A stretch of 63,981 bases of DNA, counting the filler, from Bigelowiella natans CCMP2755 (taxonomy: Eukaryota; Protista; Cercozoa): assembly GCA_000320545.1 (NCBI GenBank). It is 5 parts of 5 records of this genome, joined end to end, with 100 filler letters (N's around TTAATTAATTAA, not from the genome) between each part and the next. Parts side by side here need not be neighbours in the genome. Positions count along the whole stretch, not along the records: positions 1 to 4,330 come from ADNK01003552.1; positions 4,431 to 19,872 come from ADNK01003573.1; 3 more parts are not named here. One strand, given 5' to 3'. Of this stretch, positions 1 to 13,913 are shown piece after piece. The notes under the pieces were generated by a model that saw only the letters and a program-made list of their open reading frames with translations, searched no databases and had not been told where the DNA came from. The position numbers were made by a program, and so were the translations under genes. Position 1 is the stretch's first letter. Each line of letters begins with the position of its first letter.

Positions 1-243
1 GTGTGCGTGCGTGTGTGATAAATAATACAGCAAATGATTGTTGTGAAGATGACAGTGATAACAAACAATGAATGTGCTGGATATCTTGTTTGAGTTTGTT
101 TGTAAAAATATTTGCAAGATATAATTGATAATATTACGCATATATACACACGTGGATACAAAAATACAAGGTACAAATTCTATTCGTGAGCTGTCACATT
201 GAGTGGGAATATTGTGCAATATTTAACAACCTTAAAAGTATGC

Positions 244-279
<36 letters not shown>

Positions 280-642
280 GCACGGCAGTGAAAGTTCGGA
301 TAGACATGGGCCGGGGATTGATAGGGGAGGACGAGGAGAAGCACAGCAGTGCAATGGGACAATCTCTAAGACTGGCGAGGAAACATCTCAAGGTCCATCA
401 CGCGGCCAAAAATGGCCGTTTGGAAGGGCCAAATCTCATTGGTGTTTTCATGCTGTTTGTACGCACGTGTGAGCTGCCCAAAGACTTGTGACTCTGAGAG
501 ATGCAGTTCCACAAACACATAAACACACGCACGTCACCATCTTGGTTTTCTCATCTCTTAGTCGTACTCGCGCATGTGTTCCAACGCATTGTGGTTTGGG
601 GGACTTCCATGCCAGCATGGAGTTCAGGTACAAAGCATGAGG

Positions 643-676
<34 letters not shown>

Positions 677-1315
677 GCATACACGCACACTTGCACATAT
701 TGCAGTTCTCCTTCGTTATCTCGAGTATACATAATCAGTCTAACGTCAGCGACCTTGGCCTTTTTCCTCGAAGCGGTCCGAAGGGGAAGTCTGCATCATT
801 TCGGGGGGGGGGTGGGGAAACATAGAAAATCGAGTAATTTTTTTTTATCAGCCGTGCCTGTCTATAAGGCGTATATGCAGAAGAGAAATATGCGGGAAAA
901 AACGAGAGAGGGAGGGAGGGAGAGAGAGGGAGAGAATGAGATGGAAAATTTGTGATACTACACCTCTCCTCCTCCATCTAACAGCCCTTCGACTAGACTC
1001 TTAACGCCTGAAGAACGCACCAGTCGCATTGAAACAACGACCCATGAAGGTATTGGCAAAAAAAAAGAAAGGGAGCAAGAGCTGATTTAGAGCAACCGTA
1101 GTATCATGCTCAAATATTGGTCCCGAAGGTGTAAGAGCCGCTATGTCTAGCGACGAGAAGGATTTCTCGGCGCACACATATTGCACAACGGCGAAAGAGA
1201 GACTTGGCGGAGCAGCTAGGAGGCAAGAAAACGGGAGGGTCTGTTGCTGCAAAATTAATACAGTCGCCCCCCCCCTCTTTTTATAGAGATGGAGGATAAA
1301 TATGCATGCCCGCAC

Positions 1316-1378
1316 CTGTCGCTCCTAGTGTTGATTCCTTCGTCTTCACTTCGTTCAAACCCTATAAATACACAAAAC

Positions 1379-1419
<41 letters not shown>

Positions 1420-3191
1420 GGTGCGCGCGTGCGCGTGCATGTACACAGCACCTGGGCGTTCTCCCTCATGACATCTTCCCAGGGCTTGTACAAATACTCG
1501 AATTGAACCATTATTGCCAGCAGCAGGTGCAAAAAGAGCCATACGGACATAGCAGCCCAGAAAACGATGTCATCAATCCTCGTGGCAGCCTTTAATGCGC
1601 GTGTTACGCACGATCACCAGAGCAGTAGTAGTAGAAGAAGAAGTAGCAGTAGCAGTCGCATATCAGTAGCTAGGAGGCCGGGAGGGAGGACCCGTGTGCG
1701 TTTATGTATGTGTGCGTGTGTTGTGTATGCCTTGTAAGCAAACGTCGATGCGCGAATTCATTTTAAGACAAATAGTAAATAAGGAGACACCTCGTCGTCC
1801 TCCATGTCCTTTTGCTCACCGAAGACAAGAATGCTCTCGCTCGTCATCCCGCAGTGCCACTGACAAAGTTAATTTTCAAATTGTTAGTGTTGGAACGATG
1901 GAGGAGGGAGAGGGAGGCGTGAGCACGTCAGTAAAAAGAAATTCACTCCGAGGCGAGAGATTTCTCTCGCGTCCCCATAAAATCCTCATTTAATTCCTGG
2001 TGGATCGGCGGGGGCGAGGGAGAAGCGGCGGCGGGGGGGGGGGAATTCGCAACGCCAGCATCGGAGTTGTTGTCATCTTATTTTCCGGCCATCTATCTCC
2101 CACGAATCCATCCTACCACACTGGTCCGACAACTTACCAGATATATGAAGACGAAGTACTTGTCGATGTACGTCATGTACGACATCGGAGGGAGCTCCTG
2201 CAACGGCGGGGGGGGACCGCGCGGCAGGCAGGGACGCACCGCATTCCAAAAGCACCAACCCCATGTAAGAACACAAACTCGAATCAGAACAAAAGCGAGG
2301 AGCTGCTAGACTCACGAAAGGCCTATTCCCTGGGCGCTGCAAAGGAGCAGAGTTCCATGCATGCACACGAGCACACGCACCGAGGCTAAGATGAACTTGA
2401 AGGCCACCGTCGTGAGCAATAGCGTCAGTATAGTCGCCACCTAAGCACGCACAGCGTATCTCAAGACCTCTTTTTTTTGACGTGGAAAAAGGCAAACTTC
2501 TTCTTCTTCTTTACCCTATCTGCAATCTCGTCTGGGGGTATGCGTAGCGCCGTCAGTGAGAGCGACGTGATGAGAAACAAGGGGAATATCTATGGCCGAG
2601 GTTGAAAAAGAGAAGGAGACGATCAGGAAGTTAAGCAGCCTACGTGCTGATGACAATCAAAGCTATGGCCCGAAATGTGTGCAAGAATGTGTGTGTGTGT
2701 GTGTGTGTGCCCGTTCTGTGCGGATTTGCGCATTGCTATATAACCGCAATATTGCTTCTGCAACGCATGTGCTCATCTTGGCTTCAGCGCACGCAAATCA
2801 TTCTCACCATATTTGTCGCAAAGTAGCTCTGGTAACGTTGGACTCGTATACCAATAAGCACGTACGAGTTTTCCTGAAAAGCGGAAAAAGGCACGAGGAA
2901 AAATAGCAGTAGCAGTAGTAAGAATAATAGCAGTAGTAACAACATAAATAGTAAATATTGAGAAGAATGAGGAGGAAGAACAACTGTTATTAGAAGCTGA
3001 CACACAAGGAGGCTACAAAACCGGCATAGTTGAATTCCGAATAACATTCGTCTAGATACGACTCCTCGCACACCCTCGTCTGCTATGCAGCATGTCGCAC
3101 AGTGTTTATACAAGACGCTGCCACCCCTTAAAACTGACGAGATCAGCTCGATCCCGGTTGCACACACACACACACACACATGTTTATTTAA

Positions 3192-3228
<37 letters not shown>

Positions 3229-3741
3229 CTCCACCTGCTGCAGCTACCACTAGCACTTCCTACTACTACTACTACTACTACTAATAATAATAATATTAAT
3301 GATAAAAATTATAGCCTCCCCAACCTCTTGCTCTATCGTGTCTACCCACGGCTCGAATAGCTCATACTGCGTGTGTATACGAGGGGCTAATTGAACGATG
3401 CACGAGCGAGAGAAATCGTTGGGAATCTTCGGCGAGGAATGCGGCAGTCGGGATAGGCGGGAGGTGTCCGGAAAAGAGCAAAAGAATCAGTCGCAGCAGC
3501 AAGAGTAGTTTTCAAAGTCAAATGAAGGCTCAGCCCACAGCATGCTGACCACTCAGAAATTGAATTCAATTTTTCCTATACTCGTAAGGCAGGGTTGCGC
3601 GCGTGCATACACACACACATACACACACACTCACACACACACACACACTCGCAGCCAGCAGTTGTTGTTCACTGCAACTGACCAGCCAAGACTTTCTCAC
3701 GGTGCCAGTGATTCTCCAGTCGTCAAAATTAACTTTCAACT

Positions 3742-3772
<31 letters not shown>

Positions 3773-3895
3773 CGCGTGTGTGTTGGGGTTGGGTGCATGC
3801 GTGTTTGCGCGCGCGCGCGATTTCGCACTTAGGAAGAAAGGCCCTCTTCGCTTAACGGGACAACACAAAAATACCCACCGCCACTATCATCATCG

Positions 3896-3928
<33 letters not shown>

Positions 3929-4170
3929 CTCATTTCTGCCCTGCATGAGCTCCTTACTAGGGCGTGAATTACTAGTACTTACTAATGATCCTGCAACCTG
4001 CACTTGGAGAAATTGCCGATCGTAAGGAAATCGATGTAGCTAATGCAAACAGAGTGAGTGGGGTTAGTTAGGTCTGGGGAATAACGCCGTTTGGGAGAAG
4101 CAGCACAAAGAATCATCACCTCCATTTCCTCGAAGATCTCGCACGTAAACTTGTACTCTATCAAGATGAC
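1316..4170 (-). CDS. Cys-less pentameric ligand-gated ion channel (Pro-loop receptor); multi-exon, 5' part off contig, 3' end uncertain
   Basis: Manually spliced GT-AG exons: 4170-4120 VILIEYKFTCEIFEEME, 4039-3998 LHRFPYDRQFLQVQ (Pro-loop), then ENSYVLIGIRVQRYQSYFATNM / IFPLFLITSLSLTALRIPPDEIADR (TM1), 2440-2381 VATILTLLLTTVAFKFILAS (TM2), 2197-2138 ELPPMSYMTYIDKYFVFIYL (TM3), and IDDIVFWAAMSVWLFLHLLLAIM (TM4). These match pLGIC motifs in the expected order. Confidence 0.85.
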
Positions 4171-4330
4171 CTGCGCCATACCAACAGTTGCAGACGTTGG
4201 TGATGGGAGGAGGAGGAGGAGGAAGGGGGTGGGGGGAGTGAAAAAGTAAAACTGTCCAAAATAATACGTCGTGATTTAGTAAAGAATGCACTCTAGTGTA
4301 TGAATGCATTTTAGACCACAAATTCTCTAG

Positions 4331-4430
4331 NNNNNNNNNNNNNNNNNNNNNNNNNNNNNNNNNNNNNNNNNNNNTTAATTAATTAANNNNNNNNNNNNNN
4401 NNNNNNNNNNNNNNNNNNNNNNNNNNNNNN
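4331..4430. other. Artificial contig linker
   Basis: N run + TTAATTAATTAA (stops in all six frames) + N run, 100 nt; identical structure at four places. Confidence 0.98.
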
Positions 4431-4490
4431 TAACCCTAACCCTAACCCTAACCCTAATAAACCTAACCCTAACCCTAACCCTAACCCTAA
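4431..4490 (-). repeat. Telomeric repeat (CCCTAA)n = (TTAGGG)n; left chromosome end
   Basis: About 10 TAACCC units at the very start of contig 2, with the C-rich strand at the 5' end as expected for a true terminus. Confidence 0.9.
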
Positions 4491-4718
4491 TGCCCTTTGA
4501 CTCCAACCCTCTGACCCCGCAACCCTTTGATTCTAACCCTCCAACCCTCTGACCCCGCAACCCTCTGATTCTGCAACCCTCCAACCCTGCAAGCCTCCAA
4601 CCCTCTGTCCCTTTGACCCTTTGACCCTCCAACACTCCAACCCTTTGTCCATTTGACCCTGTGACCCTTCAACACTCCAACCCTCCAACCCTCCAACTCT
4701 TTGACCTCCCAACCCCAA
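4491..4718. repeat. Degenerate telomere-derived subtelomeric repeat
   Basis: Units such as CTCCAACCCT, CTGACCC, TTTGACCCT and GCAACCCT, i.e. TAACCC variants with TA replaced by CA or TG. Confidence 0.8.
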
Positions 4719-5686
4719 TGTCTAGATTTTGTGAATGCTCGCATGCGCGCTTTCATGAACTAGTGAAAGCACATGCAAATGTGAGCATCTTTTTTGCGCA
4801 TGCAGCTGTGGTTTGTTGCCATTGGACATTTTCAGATGCAAAAAGTGCAAATGTTGAGCTGGACCAAAACTGGCAGATTGTGCAATTTCATCGCCCGTGC
4901 GTCTTGTCCACTGGCTCATTCCAGCTAGCCAGCATTGCACACGCATGCATTCACACACGTGCACAATCATCACAATTGCCAGGTTGCTGTTTGCCACCTC
5001 AATGACTGTTCGTCACGGCATGGCATGATCTGCTCCAGTGCCAGACGATGTGCCTCCACGAGAGAGCGTTCATTGGTCGTCACACTGTGCTCATTGCAAT
5101 GCTTGATCACAATCGACTTGTTCATGTGTCAGTGCAGCTGGCCAGCCATCCGCATCGATCATCAAAAACAAACCTGACCCCATTTTGGTTTTTGGTGCAT
5201 TTCTGCTGCATGAATCAGTTGACATTTGCTAGTTTGACACCTGTCATTTCGAAAGTTTGTTGCTCTAGGCGCAGCATGGAAATGGACGCTGCAGTGTTCG
5301 TTGGAATTTTGTCGCCTTGCGGCCACTGCAACTGCATGCTGTTCATTTGTGACAAGGTGGACACTTTTGTTGTGGCTCAAAATGTGTTTTGTGCACAGCT
5401 AGACAGATCACACAAGCAACGAGTGATGTGTTGCACATCGGAATGCACGGTCCTCTTGAAATTCAACCGCACAAATGCAGCACATTGCTCGGCTCATGGC
5501 AAAAAGATAAACGACAGAGAAATGATGAATTGGCGCACCAAAGACTGTGATGCGCCCAAGATCGAATGGCGCAAATGCATTGCATTGATGCAAATTTATT
5601 TCTTCACCAAAACCAAACACAATGAAATCAACATGGCAATTGATCTCACGTCATTTGCATCTCCAAAGTTCCACGTAACTTCACCG

Positions 5687-8227
5687 TCATTTGCTAGATC
5701 CTGGAATGGTGAGCATGTCTTTTCGACTCCCTTTTTTGTTGGAAGATGATGATGAAGACGAGTTTTTACTGGCTTCAGTGCGACCCGCGTCATTACCACT
5801 TGCCGCTGATGATGAGGTAACCTTTTTCGTACCCGTTCCAGTCAAAAGACTCTGGAAAAATTGCCGCACCTTCGGTTGTAAACACACAGTGAATGCGTAA
5901 GAATGGCAAGATACTTGTCCAGAATGATATCTCAATAGTGATGGACATCATTGGCTTTTAGATACATACATATCTACCGCAATCTGGCTCTTTGGAGAGC
6001 TTGATGAACCCTTTCTGCTACCTCTCCCAGATCGTGAAGAGGAAGACGTCGACGACATTCGTGGAGATCTCGGTTTTGGAGATCCTCGGATACCTTTCAA
6101 TGATGCTGAATCCACTGAAGACGGTGCTTTGGAGGATGATGATGATGCAGAACGACCAGCCCCACTCTTGAGCTTCTGTTGCAATAACTTGTAGAATTGG
6201 TTATTTTTCAGAGCTTTCACTTTCTCTTCTTCGGCACGCCGCTGCAAAACACCAAACAAAACAGTTCTCCATAAGAATTCACTTTCCATTCTAATAGCAA
6301 GCACGGAAAGAAAGAAAGAAGATTTGCTGAGTAACTAATTAACTTACCTTGGACTCTTTGTTTGGGTTAGGAAACACTTTGACAAAAGCCTGTGCATCAT
6401 CGTAAGCAGACTTCGCTGGTCGAACAGATTGGATCAACTCGTTACTATCAAATCCGCTTGGAATATACAGCCCGAATCTGAAGAGTAGAGAAGAAAGGCT
6501 GATGAGAAACTATAGATATATTACGACAGATTTGTGTTGAGCGGAGAGAAACTACTTCTAAACTTGTTCATTAAACAATATATTTGCTGCTGCTACTTAC
6601 TGCAGCTACTACTACTACTACTACTACAAATTACTATTCTGCTCTGTTTACCTGTCGACGGTCGCAGCTGCCTTGGCACTCTGCCTCAACTCAAATCCAT
6701 ACTTACGGTGGAATATGTAGTCTTGTAGAAGCTGCAAGTTTTCTCCTTCCCCAGCCACAGAGGTGAACATCAAGGAAGCTCCATCTAAAATCCGATTATT
6801 ATAATTTCGAGTGGCTTAGTTTCTATTTTGGATGACTTCTTACAGCTATGAGTACTATTGTTATTAGTAGTAAAACTGATTTACATTTTAGTGCTGTTTG
6901 ACGCAGCCTTCGAGTAGCAAATTCAAACCGATCGCTAGCTGATTGGTTCTTATGTAAGAAACTACTGAATATGTCCCCCTGAAGGATAAAAATATGGTAC
7001 AATTACTCAAAAATTTGGATTGCCTACTTGTTCAACAATGAAAAACACCAAATAGCTACGCGCTTCTTACTACATAGTATTTGCTTTTAAGTACCTTAGA
7101 GCCTACAATTACCACAGGAACCCCGATATTTATTTCAGGATTGTTTGCGTCGAATTTTGAATCTCCCGGCTGAAGCAAACAGAAGGTAGCAGCATCGATC
7201 GTATTCGTAGTTTACTATTCCTTGTAATTCATTTCAGTTTAAAATCATCCATCATGAATTACCGTAATTGCACCAAGCTCTCCTTTTCCTCCCGCACTGT
7301 CCTCTTTTAAGGATACGTCAATGAACGTCTGTACATACCTTGAAACTAGTATAGCCCAAAAAAAATACATAGGATTGATTTAGTTTATAATAACCTCGAA
7401 ACAAACTCAAAGCTGCTGTATTGTTTAACCTTCATTTCGCAACTTTTTACTTTCATCTTCATCCATATCTTTCATTAGTTGCTTGCTAGTTTCTTCAGCA
7501 ACTTTAAGCCAAGTTTGAAGTGACTCATCTATCTCCCATGGTTTCGCAAGATCCAAGACTATCATGAATATGGCTCCTTTTAATCCAGTTGATTTAAGGA
7601 ATGTTGGTATGAGTCCCTTCCGGTCCGGGTCATCGAGCTGCCATACGGCCATATGAGCCAAGGTTTCTAATAGGCAAAGAAAGTGGGGTGATCGTGTAAT
7701 GACAAGGATGATGATTATAATTATAATTATTATGCTTATGATAATGACCATCACTACTGCAGTAATATACCGTAACTGTCGTCCTCGAATCTGTTTTTAA
7801 CTTTTATGTATGAGTAGTCCGCAACGTAAGGATGATCCTGATTTTTTACGATCCCTTGAAACTTTTGCAGAATAGTGGATTTACCACAATTTTTATTACC
7901 TGTGACCACATAAGTAACTGCTGAACAACTTGCATTATAATCTAGTGAGCATGTACCACCACCACCACCACCACCACCACCAGGCAGGCACCACAAGAGT
8001 CAAGTTATTATTGTAATTATGATTATTATTTTGGTTATTGTTGGCAGTAGTTTTAGTACCACCACCATCACCACCATCACCACCATCATCATGGTGTAGT
8101 AGTTAATATTAGTTGTAGTAGTTTTACAACCAAGGATGACTAGTGCTGAGTCTTCGTATATACGCCTTTGAGTGGCCCTTTTCAGGAGAGCCTCCCAAGT
8201 GTTTTGGCGTTTGCGGTCAGTTCCCAT
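5687..8227 (-). CDS. DYNC1LI: Cytoplasmic dynein 1 light intermediate chain (multi-exon)
   Basis: Exons give MGTDRKRQNTWEALLK..LVILG/NKNCGKSTIL (P-loop), DYSYIKV, VWQLD, FMIVLDLAKPW, NIGVPVVIVGSK, YGASLMFTS, LYIPSGFDS and the C-terminal helix VRQFFQSLL. All are DLIC-family hallmarks. Confidence 0.88.
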
Positions 8228-9096
8228 GTCACAAGTTATTCGGAGTTGTTTCTTTCAAAAGTATACTCTCTGCAGATACGAACACAATCTTAAACCTCTC
8301 CAGAATTTTACGTCTAACAATTTTCATAAAGAGTAAACTTCTTCACAATAGCTAATAACAATTCTATTGATAGTCATACGCAAACCTGTGCCGGAAACTG
8401 CGTGTCCACTCCTCTGCTTGCCAGAAGCGATCGTTGCACTTTGAAATAGGCTGGGAGCAGCTGTTTGTCCAATTGTGCAGTCTCAAGTTGACTGCTGTGT
8501 ACTAACTCAACTACTACTGATGGACTAGTTCACTGTGGCCCTTTAGTGCCTTCTTCTTCTTCTTCTTCTTCGTCTTCCACTTCTTCGTCTCCTTCGTCCA
8601 CTATGTGTTGCAGTTGCTGTTAGAGACTGCTCTTCTGTCAAAACTCTCAAATCCGGGGTAGAGATCTCATGAAATGATTGATCTTTTTTTGGGAAGACAA
8701 CATACCTACCATGTCGTAACTGCTATTTTGGATCACTTTGTACATTTTCACTTGGATTACTTTGTAAACATCTCGTTTGTTAATCTCCTACTCACGACGA
8801 CTATCAAACTATCTATCTACTCTTCCCCCCCCACCCCCTCGAGACTACTGTACAGACTTCGTTCATTCTACCTACCACAACAGTCGTCGGTGTCTTTCAT
8901 CCATTGCTCAATGATCTAATCCACAAAGAGTAGGCTTAGGAGGAGGAACAATCACAATCCACATAATATTGAATTGGCAGCACCGGAGCATCCTCTTTTA
9001 AGTAGCACAGACTTGACTGATGAACATCTGAGTTCGGTGCTCTAGATAAAGACTGAAGCACAGTTGTAATTATATCGCACTGATCTTCGCAGAAGG

Positions 9097-9723
9097 ATGT
9101 CAATTTTTACTACAGCAGCAACTAGAGTGATTGCTTGCCTCCTTACGTCGTTGGTGGTGTCTTCACCCTCCCCCACGCTCAGCCCTTCACATTCACCATC
9201 GATAACTACCACGTCTGCTCCCTCTGAGTCGCCTGTTACGCCTAAACCCACTATTTCTCCCTCTCCTAGACCCACCGATTCACCATCAGCGTCTCCTACC
9301 AAATTAACGATCTCGCCAACACAATCACCTACAAATCCATTCCATTGCACCTCGGGTTCTCTTGCAGGACCTTTATGCATAGTTTCTGGTCTGAATATAC
9401 ATCATACGGGCGACTTGACTATCCAAGCTTTGGGAGATTTGGTAGTAGTAGTAGTACCTTCGAATGGACATAGTAGTAGTAGTAGTAAAATAATGTACAC
9501 ATTGATGATAGCGATGAATTTGGTAGCATAATATGAATCCAGTGCGAAAATAGCTTAGCTTCAACCTAAATATTTACAAGAAAACCATGTGCATCGTCCA
9601 GGTGCTAGAGAACACCGTTTTTGGTAATCGGGCACTGAATGTAGAGCAATACTCCGATTTGAATTTCTCTGTGAGCGGATGGTTGAATATTTCTGGGGTA
9701 ATAATAATCTCATAATATACACC

Positions 9724-9756
<33 letters not shown>

Positions 9757-10058
9757 GCTGCAATTGAAAGTAGTAGCCAATGGATTCTTCGGTGAATGTT
9801 CCTAGGTTTGACTGTAATGTTTCTTCCTCCACACGCTACTACTTTTGTTACATTTCCTAAATCATCATTCTACTACTACAATCAATAATAGTCGTCAATT
9901 TCTGGGTCACGCGTATGGGTTGATAGCGTCATGGGACTGCATGTTGATTCCAATTCATCCATCTCTGCCACGGGTAGTAGTAGTAGTAGTAGTAGTAGTA
10001 GTTGTTGTTGTAGCCGTGATGCCGGTAATAGTACTGCTGGCGCTGATGCTGCTAGTAA

Positions 10059-10094
<36 letters not shown>

Positions 10095-10678
10095 AGTAAT
10101 AGAAATAGTATGTAGGAACCTAGAAGCAGCGATGTTGTGTTGGTTTTGTGAATGAATTTCTTGCTGATCTGATCATACTTTTAGTCCTGCTACACTAACT
10201 ACTACTACCACCACCACTACTGCTACTACTACTACTACTACTACTACTACAATGTTAGGCCCATACATAATCGACTCTGAAGACGTTCAGGGAGTTGATA
10301 TAAGTCAGCGGGGTGGAGGTACAACGATACATTAACAACAACTACTGACATTGTTAGTTTCTTTCTGTTTTGCTGCTTGTGCTGTTGCTACAATACCTTA
10401 GCCAGCCTACTATTGATTAGGTGGAGGTAGAAGTGGGTCAGGGTCTCCTTCCTGTCAAGATATCTCAGGAGGCCCTGCGTATGGTACGTAGTAGTAGTAG
10501 CTCCTTTATCCTAAGAAGAAAATGAATAAGAAGCTGTTGTTGTTGTTGCTGCTGCTGCTGCGGCTGCTCTATTGAATATAACAAACATCTACGACACACA
10601 GATTTGAGTAGACAGTGAGAAAGACTTGTCATCAATGAATAAATACTAATGTTCCTCCTCCTATTATTAAGAAATAAC

Positions 10679-10729
<51 letters not shown>

Positions 10730-11002
10730 TATATTACAGGAAATCCTCTTCGTGGTGAATTGGGATTTGGTGGAAGTGGGGCCCCAGGTTGCTACATATA
10801 TATCTTAATTTGTTGAGTATAATAGAAGTGATAATGATTCATTTGCCATTTCAACAAATTGATTTCTCTTCTTTTGATATAACAATGTCCACACACTTTA
10901 TTATATTTACCTGATGAACATTCTCGTATATAATTTCAATACTATCATTATTACTACTAGACAAAAAGTTGGAACATCCTGGAATGGGTGGCAGAGGAGG
11001 AG

Positions 11003-11045
<43 letters not shown>

Positions 11046-11812
11046 TATCTTCTCTTCCCTCGTTTCCTTTCTCATCTTTTCTTCTATTCCTTGCAAATGC
11101 TGCTGCTTAAACTTTGAACTACTACTCTCGTAGCATGTGACTAATACCGTGCTTGCTTGCTGCTGATAATACTTGCCAACAAGGAGATTGCTAGCTTTGT
11201 ATCCTTGACCCTCCTTGTCCTCCTTCCCTACATCTAATGCTGCTGACAATGGTTAACGATCTAAATAGGCATCATTAGTATTGAGACCGACATTGCAAAA
11301 ATTGATGGACGAATATCTGCTGATGGAAACACACCATCATCACCATCAGCAGGTAGCAAGTAGTAGCTGTAGTAGTAGAGAGTCATATTACATGACGAGA
11401 TCGAAAGACTTATGCATGTTGTTATTATCGATAAAAGTTCTCATCTTCATCATCATGATCGTAATCATCAATATCATTCATCGTCGCCACATGGCAAAAG
11501 GTGGTGGTGCTGGAGGCACAGTATCATTTTCAATAATGACGATTTTGGACGGAACAGGTAGTAGTTAAAGTCATAATAGTAGCCAAGTGGTATTGTGGGC
11601 ATGAATGCAATGTTGCTTTTTACCCATATTTTGATCGTTATAATATCAGGAATTGTGAGTGCGAATGGTGCTGCAGGATATGCAGGAGGAGGAGCTGGTG
11701 ATAATAACTCAATAATGTGTTGAACAAGTATCATTTGCCAATGGACTACATGATGCAGCAACAGCTACTGCTATGATGTTACCTAGCTTTCCCTTCCCAC
11801 ATCATCATTATC

Positions 11813-11843
<31 letters not shown>

Positions 11844-12976
11844 CCATGTAGGAGGAGGCGGCTTAATTGTCTTGGATGTTCATCAAGAGATAGCTAACGG
11901 TGCTGCATTGCTACGGCTCGAAAACACACAACTACTTCCTTTTTAAGAACACCTTCCTCCCTCCATCAATGGAAACAACGATTATTGGACATTACTTGAT
12001 ATTCCGTGTTCTTCCTTGAGTAGTCCATGTTTGCATGTGGGGGGGAGGAGGAAGGAGATGTACAATTTACCCATCAAACTATCACTCAAATCTTCTTCTT
12101 TCTTCGCCATCATCTCCTTCTTCTTCTTCTTCTTGTTGTTGTTGTTGTTGTTGTAACACTCGATGTCTCAATAAGCGATTGAAGATAATTCCAATAGCGC
12201 ACCGAGTTTCAGCGTGCATGGGGGAACTGTTAGTTCAACATCCCCGTCCTGTAAGTCAGGTTGTAGATTGAGTCAATCAATTCTCTCATCTTCTTCATGA
12301 TCATTATTAGCATCTTCGCTATGGGAGTTTGTCTTCTTTTATTGATTGACCAGAAATCTTAATTAGGAGGGGCAGGTCTCATTTACTTTAAACAGCAAAA
12401 TTCACTGATATGCAGTGGGAGGTTGTTCTTCTTTAAACAACAACAATACATACATACATACATACATACATACACACATAATAATATCACCACGCTAGTA
12501 CCAAAATGATGAGATAATAATGAAGTCTAACATGGAATCAGCATAAAATATTACTCATCATCATCATCATCATCATCATTATCATCAGGAATGACTACTC
12601 GTCAGCATCAGTCTCCACCTTATGGTAATGATAATTAAGCAAAAGGCATAATCATCAACGGCATAATTAAACAAATAAACATGACCATCAACACACCATG
12701 AAACAGAGGAACTTGCAGCTATTAAGAATATAATTTATATAATATTGTAGTATTTATATAATGGTTTCCTCCCATGTTTCTACTTGTTGCTGCTACTTAC
12801 TTACTTACTTACTTACTACTGTATATGATGTGTTGGAACTACCACACATAGGCTTTGGCTCTCTGACGCAACCCAGAATGTTGTAAATAATACGCAGCAC
12901 AAACGATTGATCATATAGCGAGTTATTTATGTATGAGAGAGGAAAAGGGTGAAGAAAGACACTCAACCAACCGTGT

Positions 12977-13007
<31 letters not shown>

Positions 13008-13852
13008 AAGAAGAAACACGTGATAGTGATCGTGGTAGTCATAGTATAGAGCATATGTTGCGGATACAACAACAACAACAACAACAACAACTACTACTAC
13101 TACATTTACCGATGACAAACACTACTACTACTACTACTACTACTACTACATTTAGCGATGACAAACACTACTACTACTACTACTCCTACCTACTACTACA
13201 TTTAACGATGACAAACACTACTACTACTACTACTACTACTACTACATTTAGCGATGACAAACACTACTACTACTACTACTACTACTACTACATTTAACGA
13301 TGACAAACACGACATCATCATCGTTGTCTCTAGGGTGCTTATCCGCTGAAACTGAAGAGACTTACTTTTGAACAAAGTAGTATGTATGTTGTTGATGATG
13401 ATGATGATGATAGAGCCTTACTTTCATACCTGCAAACAGCTGACGATTGTCATCAAATATGAGGACATGATAGATTGTAAAACTAACAACATTAAAAAAC
13501 CAGAATGATGATTTTTTGGCACCTTGATTTACACACTGCTTTATACGACGTTTCGTTGATATATTATCATAAACATATATGCTTGTAGATTGCCAACCCA
13601 CCCTCTTTCTATGTCCTCTTCTTCCTCTCTCTGAGCTTCTTACTACGTGTATTGCTGACTTGAGCAATGAATTGCTTATACCTCTTCAGACTGCAAAGTC
13701 ACATGGAAATTTAACGGCAATCTCACGCTTAATATTACATGTAATATGTCGTGTATAATTTCTAGTTGTTGTTGTTGTTGTTGACGATAATCATGATCGT
13801 GACTTTGATCTCGCATTAATCATCAGTTGTAAGTCAGACAAAATGACTATGT

Positions 13853-13913
<61 letters not shown>

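Noticed and set aside
4331-4430. TTAATTAATTAA palindrome between N runs as a biological motif
   Set aside because: Identical at all four gaps; a standard six-frame-stop assembly linker. Adjacency across linkers carries no biological meaning.
4661-5749. Long overlapping Cys/His-rich ORFs in the subtelomere (and similarly at 27268-28881)
   Set aside because: Explained by loss of TAA/TAG and Tyr codons in TpA-depleted DNA; no recognisable domains.
13087-13310. CRISPR-like repeat-spacer array
   Set aside because: Spacers are only (CTA)n microsatellite, there are no cas genes, and the context is a eukaryotic intron.
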